Shown one piece after another: positions 1 through 11,699 of a stretch of DNA of 64,000 bases. Each line of letters starts with the position of its first letter. Position 1 is the stretch's first letter. This stretch comes from Sphagnum compactum. Its lineage: Eukaryota. The translations under genes were made by a program, and so were the position numbers. The notes beneath the pieces are model-generated. The model was given only the letters and a program-made list of their open reading frames with translations. It was not told where the DNA came from and made no database searches. Location of the stretch: NCBI GenBank assembly GCA_965153455.1, contig OZ234493.1, forward strand, positions 35,454,213 to 35,518,212. The letters run 5' to 3'.

Positions 1-161
1 TTAACATATTAAAGATGTGTACATCATGGAAAAATCTTCTAGATTGAAGTTTTAAAATTTTCATTGACTAGTATCATCTATATCATAAATATAGATTCTT
101 CCTGATGCTTGTCATCCTTATCATCCATCTTGATATCTTTTTGTCCTTCCCAATACATTGG

Positions 162-245
162 TTAAGGTTGATATGTAATATGTGCTTCTTCATCTAGGAA
201 TTGATAGGGTTTTAAATTGTTCACATTCAAGGGATTGTTATTTGG
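162..245 (-). pseudogene. Remnant of a Ty3/Gypsy integrase C-terminal tail
   Basis: The minus-strand frame reads NNNPLNVNNLKPYQFLDEE. This resembles the VNVNKLKPY motif at the end of the Gypsy integrase at ~7765-7792 in this window. Confidence 0.5.
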
Positions 246-1050
246 TGAGTGTGTGAACATGAACATGAGCAGGGGAACATGAGCAGGTGAGCAAGATTGA
301 ATTTTTTGGAATATTCCATTGACACATGGCATAAAATATTGCATGATGTGGAGGAATGTCACATGTCCAAGGATGAAAAATAAAAATGAATGAAAGGGTA
401 AAATGGATGAAAAATAAAAACAAATGAACAAAAAAAGGATGAACACAACATGTTCATAATAAAAAGTTATGTGTTAATCCAAACTTTACTTGTTCACAAC
501 CGAAAGATATGTGGTAATCGAAACACCACTTGTTTATCCCCAAGAAGTATGTTCCCATTAGATATTGAGACAATATGAGACCACATACTCCCTATACCAT
601 TTCAACCTATTTTTTATTTGAATTTAGTCTTTCAAACCTCTTGTGTCTAGGAGCATTCATGTTACTTGAAGAATCAAACTGCATTCTTTCCCCCTCTCCA
701 CCAGAACTGCCTAACTCCATCTTTTCTATGGCTATAACCCATTTGTAATTTATATTTTACAATGGCAAAAAGAAAATCACAACAATGGTCACACCAAACA
801 TCTTGGAAACTATGATTGAATACACTTTAAACTCAAGCATACTAGATAAAATATGTGAAATGATAAAACACCTTTGGAATATCCAAGAGATCCCACCCTC
901 CTAGACCTTTTCAAACAGTTGTTAGAAATTAAAACATGGGGAACAAAACGAAAAAAACAAATTGACAAAGAAATGGGTGCACTAATAGAAATCTTGTCAT
1001 TTGCAATTAATCATTATGCAACTCTGTGTAGTGCATGCAACTAGCATGCA

Positions 1051-1166
1051 CTAGTCCCTATTCACTGGGGGGTTGACTAGTTCATTCTGTGTTTCACTAG
1101 ATTTTGAATGAATTTAGACTTTTTACCATGGTGAAACTAGTCAAACCCCTAGTGAATAGGGACTAG
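1051..1166. repeat. 32-bp inverted repeat (hairpin)
   Basis: ctagtccctattcactggggggttgactagtt (1051-1082) matches the reverse complement of aactagtcaaacccctagtgaatagggactag (1135-1166) with 2 mismatches. Confidence 0.9.
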
Positions 1167-1859
1167 GTGCTACGGACAATGAATTGATCCACTACCACCT
1201 AGTGAAATACAAATTTACCAAGCCATTTCACTTACTAATTAATTAACTAAGCAACATGGAAATCAATTAAATTTAAATTATTTAATATTTAATGTAATAT
1301 TTAATATTATCAATAATTTCATGATTTTCAACCTATGACTTATTGACATGTGTCTACCTATGCTAGGTTCAAAACCTAGATTAAATACATAGGCCACGTA
1401 ATCAACCTAAGTAGGCAACTACTCTAGGGAACTACATAAGAGAATATTCAGTCAAACACATTGTTGACCTTAAACACATCGTTTGTGAGGTTTAATCCTT
1501 TGACCTGTAGGATCGAGGCAAACACCCCTACCATAAAGCCACCACACTTGTTGTGATAATGTGTTACATTACAATTCTATTTATCAAATACTTCAGTTTA
1601 AACATTACAAAAACATAAACTTTGAAAATTCATATCTTATTGAGATTTTGTGCAAATGAAATGATTAAAGTTTAATTTATTTTTTTTCAATAATGTACAT
1701 AATTATATTTATTTCCTTTTGAAAGTGTAAAATCATTTGAATAATTTTTTTTAATTATCACTATTCAATAGCATTTCAATGACCATTCTTTTGAAAAAGA
1801 AAATGTTTAATAAATGGATAAGATTTTTGCTAATATAATAACACTACCTGTGTTAGGCT

Positions 1860-2950
1860 ACTTTAAGTTATTTTAGGGTTACTTTTCGTTGTTCTAAGAT
1901 ATTTCACCCTACATTATTTACAGTTTTTATGGTTATTTTTAGTTATTTCACCCTAGGTTATTTTTAGTTAATCTAAGTTATTTTAGCTATTTTAGGCTAT
2001 TTCACTTTATGTTATTTTCGACTATTGTATGTTATTTTGGCTATTGTAAGCTATTTACAATAGGTTATTTGCAGCTATTATAAGTTTTTTTGTTTATTCC
2101 AAGTTATTTCATCTTAGGTTATTTTCGATTATGTGAGGTTATTGTTGGTTAGTATATTGCTAGTTATTAGTGCCTATATATTATATTGGTGGCTATTGTT
2201 GGTTATTATATTGGTGGTTGTTGGTGGTTATTTTATTGGTGGTTATTACATTGGTGGTTGTTGGTGGTTGTTGGTGGTTATTATATTGCTGGCTATTGGT
2301 GCCCATATATTTTATTGGTGGCTACTGGTGGTTATTCTATTGGTCATTATTGGTGGTTATTTTATTAGTGATTATTGGTTGTTCTTTTATTAGTGGCTAT
2401 TAATGGTTATTTTATTGGTGACTATTAGTAGCTATTCTATTAATGGCTATTGGTGGAATTATTTTATTAATGGTTATTGGTGGATATTTTATTAATGGAT
2501 ATTGGTGGTTATTTTAGGTTAAATTATCATGGGCTATTGGTGGTTATTAATGATTATTATATTAGTGGCTATTGGTGGATATTCTATTAATGGATATTGG
2601 TGGTTATTTTAGGTTAAATTATCATGGGCTATTGGTGGTTATTAATGACTATTATATTAGTGGCTATTAGTGGATATTCTATTAATGGATATTGGTGGTA
2701 TTTTAGGTTAAATTATCATGGGCTATTGGTGGTTATTAATGACTATTATATTAGTGGCTATTGGTGGTTATTTTATTAATGACTATTGGTGGATATTTTA
2801 TTAGTGAATATTATTGGTTATTTAATTGTAGGCCAGTGGTGGTTATTTTATTGGTGGCTATTCAATTGGTGGTTATTATATCATAAACTATTATTGGATA
2901 TTTTAAGTTATATTATCATAAATTATTATTGATTATTTAAGTTATTTTAC
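1860..2950. repeat. Low-complexity (ggttatt/tattggtgg) array containing three ~95-bp tandem units
   Basis: Near-identical units start at 2491, 2586 and 2681 (attaatggatattggtggt...). Overlapping hydrophobic ORFs in all three + frames are by-products of the repeat. Confidence 0.9.
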
Positions 2951-3639
2951 TTGAAGTCATTATATTTTATTTAAAATTATTTAAAATTGTTATACTTATG
3001 ATAAAATAACTTAAAATAAAGAACTTATAATAAGCTAGTTAGGATACTTTAAAGTATAATAACATATACTAGTTTATGGTATAATAATTTATAATAGCCT
3101 ATAATAACTTATAATAACTTAAGGTATAAATTAGAATAATTAAGGTAACCTAAAATAATATAAGATATATCATAAAGTAGCATAGGGTACTGAAAACAAC
3201 AACATAAAAATAAACCTAATTACCATAGTAAATTATAATAGTGAATTATGTGAACTAGCAGTGAAACACAATGTTTGCATAGTGATATTATAGTGAAATA
3301 ACTTTAAGCAGGGTGAAATGTAATGAACTTATTTCACTTTAAGGTCCCATAGTGATTTAAGCTAATGAATTACATTTCACTTTTGTACTAGTGATGCGAT
3401 TGCTTGTCGTTTGCAACTATATCGATCATGTTTGTAACTACAAATTTAGTATTGTATAATTTGTGGGTGATATGGTTGTGTGTAACTAACATGCAATTAA
3501 ATGTGTACAACATGAACACGTGTCATAAAAATAATGACCTAAACTAATACATACTTAAATTAATATACTTAACATATGTACATAAGATATGTATAATAGT
3601 TTTATGTACCTTTAGTACTAAGGTTAAACCCATGTTAAC

Positions 3640-3955
3640 TGAAACTAGTCTAAACTAACCATGGCCAGATTAACTTAGGCTAAAATAATTATGGTTAAAT
3701 TAAATTAAGCTGAGTTAAATTATGTTAAACTAACTATACTTAAATTAAATAAGGCTAAACTAATTATGGCTAAATTACATTAAGCTAAATTAAATTATGT
3801 TAAATTAACCATAGCTAAATTAAATTAATTAAAACTAACTATGGCTAAATTAAGTTAGACTAAACTAATTATGGCCAAATTAAATTAAGCTAAAACTAAC
3901 CATGGTTAAATTAAGTTAAGCTAAATTAAATTAAATTAAATTAAACTAACTATTG
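3640..3955. repeat. AT-rich degenerate tandem array (aaattaag/ctaaactaa..atgg units)
   Basis: Repeated aactaa(c/t)(c/t)atgg(c/t)taaattaa motifs. The same motif resumes at 4781-4840. Confidence 0.8.
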
Positions 3956-5699
3956 TTAAAAGGTGCAAGCAAGGTAAAGTAAATGACTCACTACTCCTTG
4001 TCAAAAAAAGTTTTACATGTAGCCATGAAAAAGTTTTAATGTATTGAAAGTAGAAATCATTTTTGGTACAATATATAACATGATGATAATATTTCATTTT
4101 ATCCATATTCGGTTACTTCGAAGATTTTGTCTTATTTTTTATTTAATAAAATATAAAGAATTTCCCTGAATAGATATAAGATCACCGTTGGATACTTGAA
4201 AACCAGGAATATTGACCATTTTATAATTAACATAAATCTTTTTATGACTTATTAGCTACCTTGCTTGAAAAATAGTTGAATAGAAATTAAGACGAACCAA
4301 AATAAGGTCCAATCTTTTTTCTATATCGAATATTAAAAAACCCCATCTTGAAAGTAGAATTAAGTAAAAATATTTAAAATATTTTTACTTGCACAAAATA
4401 TCCAATTTTACAAAATGAGCTACATGTAGATGAAATATTGATTTTTTAAAAATTTGAACTTAGTGGAGTCCTTAAAACTATTTATGTATTATCAAATTAT
4501 GAATGTTATAATCATAATATGTCAAATTTTTAATATGAAATAGGTTTGAACACCATTTTGACCCAATTAGTTTCAAACATATTTTCAATTTACTTTTATG
4601 ATACCAAAGTTCAAACTTTGTATCCAACTTCCCATAAACTAAATGTAAGGCCCTATGGTTTCATATTTTTACTTCAAAATATTTTGAATCTACTTTCTTG
4701 TGTCCATTTTAAAAACTATTTCATTTTTTAAATGGACTTTGGGCGGACTACTCTTTTTGTCTACTTTACTTTGTCAACATCCTAAATTAAGTTAGGCCAA
4801 ACTAATAATGGCTAAATTAAGTTATGTTAAACTAAATTAAAGTATGGACACCTCCTAGATTAAAATGTTGATGGGAATACTGAAGGTTGATCCTAAGACA
4901 AATATCTACCATTCAACATTAGTCATTGAAATATTGATGCAATATTTCTTCCCTAACATAGATCAACAGATTCTACTAGAAGCTATACCTACTAGAATAC
5001 ATGATGCTTTTACATCAAGAATAAACACTTCAAAGTTGAGGGAAAGACTGCATCAAACTAAATCACCTTTGGCATCATCTAGCAAATCACCAAGATAGAT
5101 GTGGGCCAGGGACCAAAGAACTATAGAAGATATAACTACAGAAGCTATAGTTAGATGCAAATGCCTACAAGAAAGCCAACTCTAGAGCTAGAGAATACAT
5201 GACAGAAAAAGGTGATCATAAAAGAAGAGATCGTATATATTACAAACGAAGATGGATTAAAAAATTTATGCCACTCCACATTGTCAAAATTTCAACCAAC
5301 TGATAGAAAAAATTAATGGTCATGTTAATAGAAAATACAAAAATAATGATGGAATGAAACAAATGCATTCCCTCCAAACTGGAGCAAAACAACAAAATAA
5401 CTTAAATTTGTTTGAGTGATTAAAAGTTCGCACCTTTGACGTTTGTGCGGCTACCTTTTTGTGTGTGGCTACCTTCTATTTCTAATGCATGGCTGCATTC
5501 TGCACAGTAATGGATGGGCACTTTGCAGGCATTGCAACAATATCACTAGTTGTAGGCAACTCCTTAATGCGATACATAGTCAAACTTCTGTCTCCATATG
5601 AAAAAGACGACTTACTCTTGCTAGAGCTTTGCGTTGCTTCAATTGACTCCCCAAATTCATCGACAGATGATTCATAACAACCAAGTCCTTCCATCGAAA

Positions 5700-7032
5700 T
5701 GTGTTCAACATATAGGCACAAACAAATACTGAAAGATTTTTGCCAATGCCAAGGCAAATTAACAGGTATCTTTCTTATCCCCCTTATCTCCTTAACATAT
5801 TTATACCGCCTATTTAGCTCACTACACAAGTTATTGAATATAATTTGTGCCCAATCTACTTGCTGCCCCTTCTCTGCTCTCACTAATGTAATAACATTTT
5901 TGTTGCAAAAATATTTTACCCTCTCCTTTTGATAAATAACAGATTTAATGGCAAGATATCTAACAGAGTATGGCAGACCCGGACTCTTTGCATTCCATTG
6001 ATCTGTAGAAGAATTTGCAGGTGCAAGTTTACAACTCTGTAATGCTTGGATTATTAGTGACTTACTGACCTACCCTTTCGATTCTTCTACATACCCTTCC
6101 GCACACACTCCGAAGACATCTACAATCAGTTGTTTGTTGATTACATACTTCTTATCCTTATGCCCAAAGTAGATATCTACCCCCTTGATCAAGAATGTGT
6201 TTAGAAATTCCAACATTACATTGGGCATCAGTGCTTCCCACCCCATCGGAAACAAAGGCACAAGCCCTGTTTTAGAAGCCTAATCTTCTTTTGTAGCAAT
6301 ATCCTTCGAGTTCTCCATCCATTCTATATGTTTGTCATAGTTGTGTTTTGTGTGTGTCCACATAAAATGCTTAGGATTTGGAATTTTAATACCTTTCTCT
6401 AGAAGTGGAGCTTTGTCCAGGATTGCACGTCTTCTTTTCGCTACTGCTTCCCCTTTACGTTGCTCCATCTCCATCAACCTTCATTGTGTTTCTACCATTC
6501 TTTGCACCTCTGTGGCTTGTTGTACTTTCAACTACACTTCTATGAATAACTGTTCTTCCTATGCAACAACGTTCTCCTCCCTTGCGTCCTTCTGCATTGT
6601 CTACGCCTCCACAAAATGATTCTCCTCAACTTTGTTTTCTTCTGATTCTTCAATACACACCGGATCTAGTGATTTAACTTTTGGTCTTGTCTACTCTCTT
6701 ACATGCCAACGTTGTTTGCTTTTACGCAAAAAGTAACTATAGATGTTCCAATTGTATCTATGTTCTAAATTATTGTCTGTGCAAACTGTATCTTCACATT
6801 ATACGCTTTCCTTTCTGCACATTCTGAAGATGATAATGAATGCGACGACAACCTTATAGCCAACAGCTGAATATTCAACACTCCTTCTCTTTCTACTCTT
6901 CTCAACTCTTCTTCTACTTCTATTCTTTTCAACAATTCCGCTTCCTCCTCCTACCTTTGTCTATGTTCACTCCTCTACACTTCCTTTTCCTTGCTATTCA
7001 TTGTAATTTTTCAATTGTACTCTTTGCACTCA
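5700..7032 (-). pseudogene. Extra ORF downstream of the integrase (charged coiled-coil N-terminus plus 'plant transposon protein'-like domain)
   Basis: Track ORFs 6280-6477, 6070-6261 and 5482-5883 join in one frame across single TAG stops: ...MLEFLNTFLIKG...KQLIVDVFGV...DQWNAK...ITLVRAEKGQQVDWAQIIFNNL. An E/K/R-rich segment lies at 6400-7030. Confidence 0.65.
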
Positions 7033-7759
7033 TACTGCTATGACCTTCAAAATTTCGTAAACAAGCACAACTTCCAATAACAAACGCAAATTATTTTTGA
7101 TGGATACCCCGTTTTTTTCATCCTTAAACATCTCGCCCGTCACATTCATTTTTTCATCTACCCGCCATCTTTTAATTAACACATGACCCTTGAAATTAAT
7201 GTGACCCATCACTACAAGTTTATGTGCCCCTTATATCGCCACGTGTTAGCGTTTAACATCATTATTATGAATGAACATTGCAAATTTCATCTTCTGATCA
7301 CTCCACATCCATAATCGCGCTACATTATCTATAATGACTCCACTTTGTTGGCACTGTACACCTTCTGCTGATTGTGCCCATTTATTTGGTGACTATGAAA
7401 ACACATTTGGTGACTGTATCGATTTCTCTGATGATTGTGCCCACAATTTTGATGATTATGCGAATACTCTAGATGACCTAGCGATTCAGCCGATGCTCTT
7501 AACATATCATATGTAGATGTCTGTATCCCAAATCCCGCACTGTTACAATTATTACTTTTTTGGAGATTGAAAATAAAAATTGTGTTCACTGTTGGATCTA
7601 TGATCTGTTCTTTATCTTCATCATTCATCTATGGTTTCTATAGTTGACATCCTTCATTGTCCTCCTCTATGTTAGAATTCACCTCCTGAACTCCACTTGC
7701 ACTTTTTTCCCAATATATTAGCATCTGTTGTTATTTTTTTTGAATTTCAGATTCCATCT

Positions 7760-8912
7760 ATTTATAAGGTTTGAGCTTATTCACGTTGACCAACATAGGG
7801 TTAGTTTCAAACTTCTCAATGGTCACCAATAACATAATGTTATTTGGCAACACATATTGTAGTTTGTATAGTCCAAACCATTTCCTAGTAAACTTCAATA
7901 GGTGTGACTTATTGCCCTTTGGAAACCACAAAACATAATCACTAAAACTAAACTATTTTTCTGGATTCTTTTGTTGACTCCACAATGCTCTATTCCACTA
8001 CTGAATTCTTGTAGTTTCTGTAGCTTGTATTCTAGTTTCCTGCAACTTCTCGAGCTCTATAATTCTACTAGTTAAAACTCTCACTAGAGTACTATCTTTC
8101 TCATCTCCACCAACAAATGGAACGATGTATTCTGTGGGGATTAATGGATGTAATCCATACACTAATTGATATGGTGTATACCATGTTGTTACTTTGTATG
8201 CAGTTCTGTATGAAAATAACACTGCAGACAGATGCTCATCCCAATTTGTTCTATTTTCATTAACTAACTTGGTCAATAGTGTCCCAAATACTTGTCAGTA
8301 GATTCAACCTGCCCATTCCCTTGAGGATAATAAGTTGTAGAACTCACATGTTTCATCAGAAAATGATCTATCAAATACTTGATGGCATCATTAATAAAAT
8401 GAATTCCTTAATCTATGACTATAGTCAAAGGACATCCAAACCTGGTTAATATGCACTCATACATAAATTTTGTTGTGACTATTGTTATATTGGTTTTTAA
8501 TGCTCTTGCTTCCACCCACTTAGTAGCATAGTTTGTGGTAACAAGAATATATTTGTTCCTCGTATATCTCCATGTTGGCTTAATTGGCCCCACAAAATTA
8601 AGTCCCCATTTCATAAATGGTTCCTCTGGAAGACTTGTGACCAGCTTTTTACAAGACTTTGAATTGCCAATCCTCTTGTTATTTGATATGCATCACAAGA
8701 TTTGCAGTAATCATGCACGTCCCTTTACATAGTTGGCCACTAATATCTAGCATCCAATATTTTCCTTTGTGTTATTTCCATTACAAAATGTTTTCCTAAA
8801 CTTCCTTCATGTAATTCATTCATCACCATCTATGCTCTTATTATTGTCAAACATCGTCATAGTTTGTTGTCTTGGCCCATTCTGTACAATTCACCATTCT
8901 TTAATGTAAAAG
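7760..8912 (-). pseudogene. Gypsy integrase (HHCC zinc finger, catalytic core, GPY-like tail), disrupted
   Basis: ELHEGSLGKHF...KSCDA zinc-finger region, [46 protein letters not shown] and VNVNKLKPY. Confidence 0.9.
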
Positions 8913-9732
8913 TGTCGCAACCCCACTTTGTCCAAGTGTGGGGGTGAAGCCCAACACTTGGAAAAGTTGGAGGTTTAGAGTCCTCCGGGACTCCCGAATG
9001 TTCATAGCTCGACAGCAAGGCCCAAAACACCTCGCATTGAGGTGTTCTTGGTGTCATTGGAAAGGTCTTGAAATTTAGATATCGAAAATGGCCTCGCATT
9101 GGTCATTTGGGCTTCTGCAACCCAAGTTATGGGCAAAAGAAGGGCTGGGAGTCAAACTGGCAGTTTGACTCCCGACCACTAAAAGTCGGGAATCGACCTC
9201 TTCCCGACATCCGATTTGAGAGTGCGACAGGGCGTTGGAAAGATCTCGACGAGGGCTACAACTTTGGTTTAGACCTCGTCACGATCGGACTCTGTAGTCG
9301 GGAGTTATGGCCGTTCAAAGTTCCGGGAGTCCAGCCGGGACAATTTCGGGACTCCATTTCGGGAGTCCCAACAAAATGTGCCATTTGGATGTAGCCTCCA
9401 CGGCGAGCTGCAGAGATAACTATATGGGGGAAGGTGGTGGCTTCCCCCGAGTCCGGGCCATGGTGAGTCTTGTGTGTCCAAGTGCCCGTGGCTTGTCCCA
9501 ACACCCAAGGGTGTCCCGAATGCTAAACTAACCTCCCGTGGTTGGTTTTTGGATGCAGATTCACACAAGCTAAGCTAGTCCCTCTTCCTAGTCTAATCCC
9601 TAGGCTCCCAACTCGACCCTCTACCCCTTTCTAGAGTTGGAAGCCGGGAGCGTGCCCTTCGGTCCCAACTTTCCACAACTTCACATTGGTGAACCTTCAA
9701 GTGGGTTCACCCCGGGACCAAGGAGCGCGTCA
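8913..9732. mobile_element. Solo LTR (820 bp) inserted in Gypsy pol
   Basis: Begins TGTCGC and ends GCGTCA, flanked by a perfect 5-bp direct repeat AAAAG (8908-8912, 9733-9737). GC- and CpG-rich relative to the host. Excision restores the - strand frame LVKRAEPF|TLKNGELYRMGQD. Confidence 0.92.
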
Positions 9733-9899
9733 AAAAGGCTCTGCTCTCTTAACCAATCTTTGCTTTTGCTGCACCGATAACGTGCCCTCAATCTGTCTTA
9801 TTTTTAAAAATTATATTACATTGTTTAGCCACTCAGGCCCAATATATAAAACAAATTTGCATCTATGGTTTAATCAAGCACACCTATGGGTTCTATACT

Positions 9900-11290
9900 A
9901 TCCAGTAAACTTGACAATGCATCTATAACTACATGAGTTCTGCCTTGCTTATACACTACTATGAAATCATATTCAAAGAACAATAACAACCATTTAGTTA
10001 GTCTCCTTAAAAGCTATGGTTTGTTGACCAAAGAGACCAATGCCATATGATCTACATAAAAGACAAACTTATTGCCTAGCAAATAATGTCTGAACTTGTG
10101 CAAAGAAAAAACCATTGTTAAAGCCTATTTCTATGTTGTGTTATAATTATGTTATGCTCTACTTAAAAACTTAGAAGCATACACTATTGGTTGATCACTT
10201 TTCCCTATGACATTCTGAGACAACATAACCCCCATAGCTAACAAGGACACATTTGTATGAACATAAAATTCCACCTACCAGTTTGGTGATATCAGTATCG
10301 GTGCTTCAATATACTTCTATTTAATCAATTCCCAGGCCTTTTGACATTCCTCTGTCCAAAGAAAAGTCTCTATCTTTCTAGTCAATTTAGTGATAGGTGC
10401 CATAATCGCAACAATTTTTTTAATAAAACATTTGTAAAACTATGCCATCCCATTGAATACTTGAACTTGTTGGGGATTCTTAGGTGGTGGCATGTTTACA
10501 ATTGCCTATATTTCTTTTAGATTTGGTAGTTTCTCTTCCTTGGACATAATAAAACCCAAGATCATCCCTGAAAATACCATAAATGCACATTTGTTTGGAT
10601 TCAGATTAATGCCATATTCTTTGCACTTTTGAAAACATAGTCTAAGCTTTTGCAAATAACTCTCCATGTCACTATACACTGTAAAGTCATCCATGAATAT
10701 CTTCATAAAATTGTCCAAATACTCCTTTAATGCTTTGGTCATGGTTCTTTGATATGTTGGAGGTCCATTTTCAACTCCAAACAACATCACCTTCCATATA
10801 AAAGCCCCCAGTCTGTAACAAATGCAGTCTTGTATATGTCCTTTCGAGCTATAAATATTTGATGATATCTTGAATATCCATCTAAAAAGGAATATGCCTC
10901 ATACCCTGCTACTGTGTTCAGCACTTCTTCTGTGAAAGGTAATGGGTATGGATCCTAATTTGTGGCTGCATTTAATTTTCTGAAATCTATACAAATTTTT
11001 AGCTTGCCATTTTTCTTGGGTACTATTACTATGGGTGACAACCATGTAGCTTCTACAGATTCAATGAATCAGCTGCTAACAACTTATCTATATTTTGTTT
11101 GACCACTATAACATAGTTTAGATTTAATTTGTACTTGGCCTGATGTGCCAACGGTATAGTAGTGTCCAACTCTGGTGGAATCCCTTTCAGATATTTGTAT
11201 GTCCATGCAAAAACATCTTTGAATTCCTTCAACAGCTGCTTCACTTCGAGCACCTTGCCTATTTCCAGCTGTGCATTAATCTTCACCATT
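9900..11290 (-). pseudogene. Gypsy reverse transcriptase and RNase H, disrupted
   Basis: LLKEFKDVFAW, KKNGKLKICIDFRKLN, FLDGYSRYHQI, FGVENGPPTYQR, IFMDDF, LNPNKCAF, then RNase H-like FYVHTNVS...YASK...HKFRHYLLGNKF. Confidence 0.92.
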
Positions 11291-11699
11291 TGTGGTTTGC
11301 ATTAGTTCTTAGATTGAGCTTCATCAATTGTTGATCTTTAGTTAACGTCCATCTAGTTATTTACAATCCCTGTGCTTTGATGTTTTGCTAGAGTTTCATC
11401 CACTACAACATTCCTTGGTTGATGTTTGTAGTATGTCTCTAGATACACCTTATCCTCCAAAACTACTTTTGGCTCATATTTATTACCAAGTATCTTTTTC
11501 TCTATGCTCTAGACTTTAGATCCCTATTCTAAAATATTCATCTTCACATCTATATCCATGATCCCCACATATGTGGTTTTCATAAATTGAATTGTCTCAA
11601 GTAAACTGATTGTTCCTATGGAGAACAATTTTGGATCTATAGCAAAGATGATATCTTCATTTTCATTTGTGATGCCATTCTGATAATTGTAACACAGTA

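Larger units (their letters stand above)
1049..3393. mobile_element. Candidate non-autonomous CACTA element
   Basis: Starts CACTAGT (1049) and ends ACTAGTG (3393), flanked on both sides by ATG (1046-1048, 3394-3396) as a 3-bp TSD. The flanks read as one continuous 'tgcaact'-rich repeat when the element is removed. TIR identity is only 7 bp. Confidence 0.5.

Noticed and set aside
2133-2403. Three overlapping hydrophobic 'membrane protein' ORFs
   Set aside because: They are translations of the ggttatt/tattggtgg low-complexity repeat, open in all three frames.
2491-2775. CRISPR-like periodicity
   Set aside because: Head-to-tail tandem units with no unique spacers; eukaryotic context and no cas genes.
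4845-5480. 3' LTR and polypurine tract of the first Gypsy
   Set aside because: The position is plausible, but there is no matching second LTR, clear TG..CA boundary or convincing PPT.
9068-9568. Several GC-rich ORFs of 74-108 aa
   Set aside because: They lie wholly inside the solo LTR and show no recognisable protein motifs.
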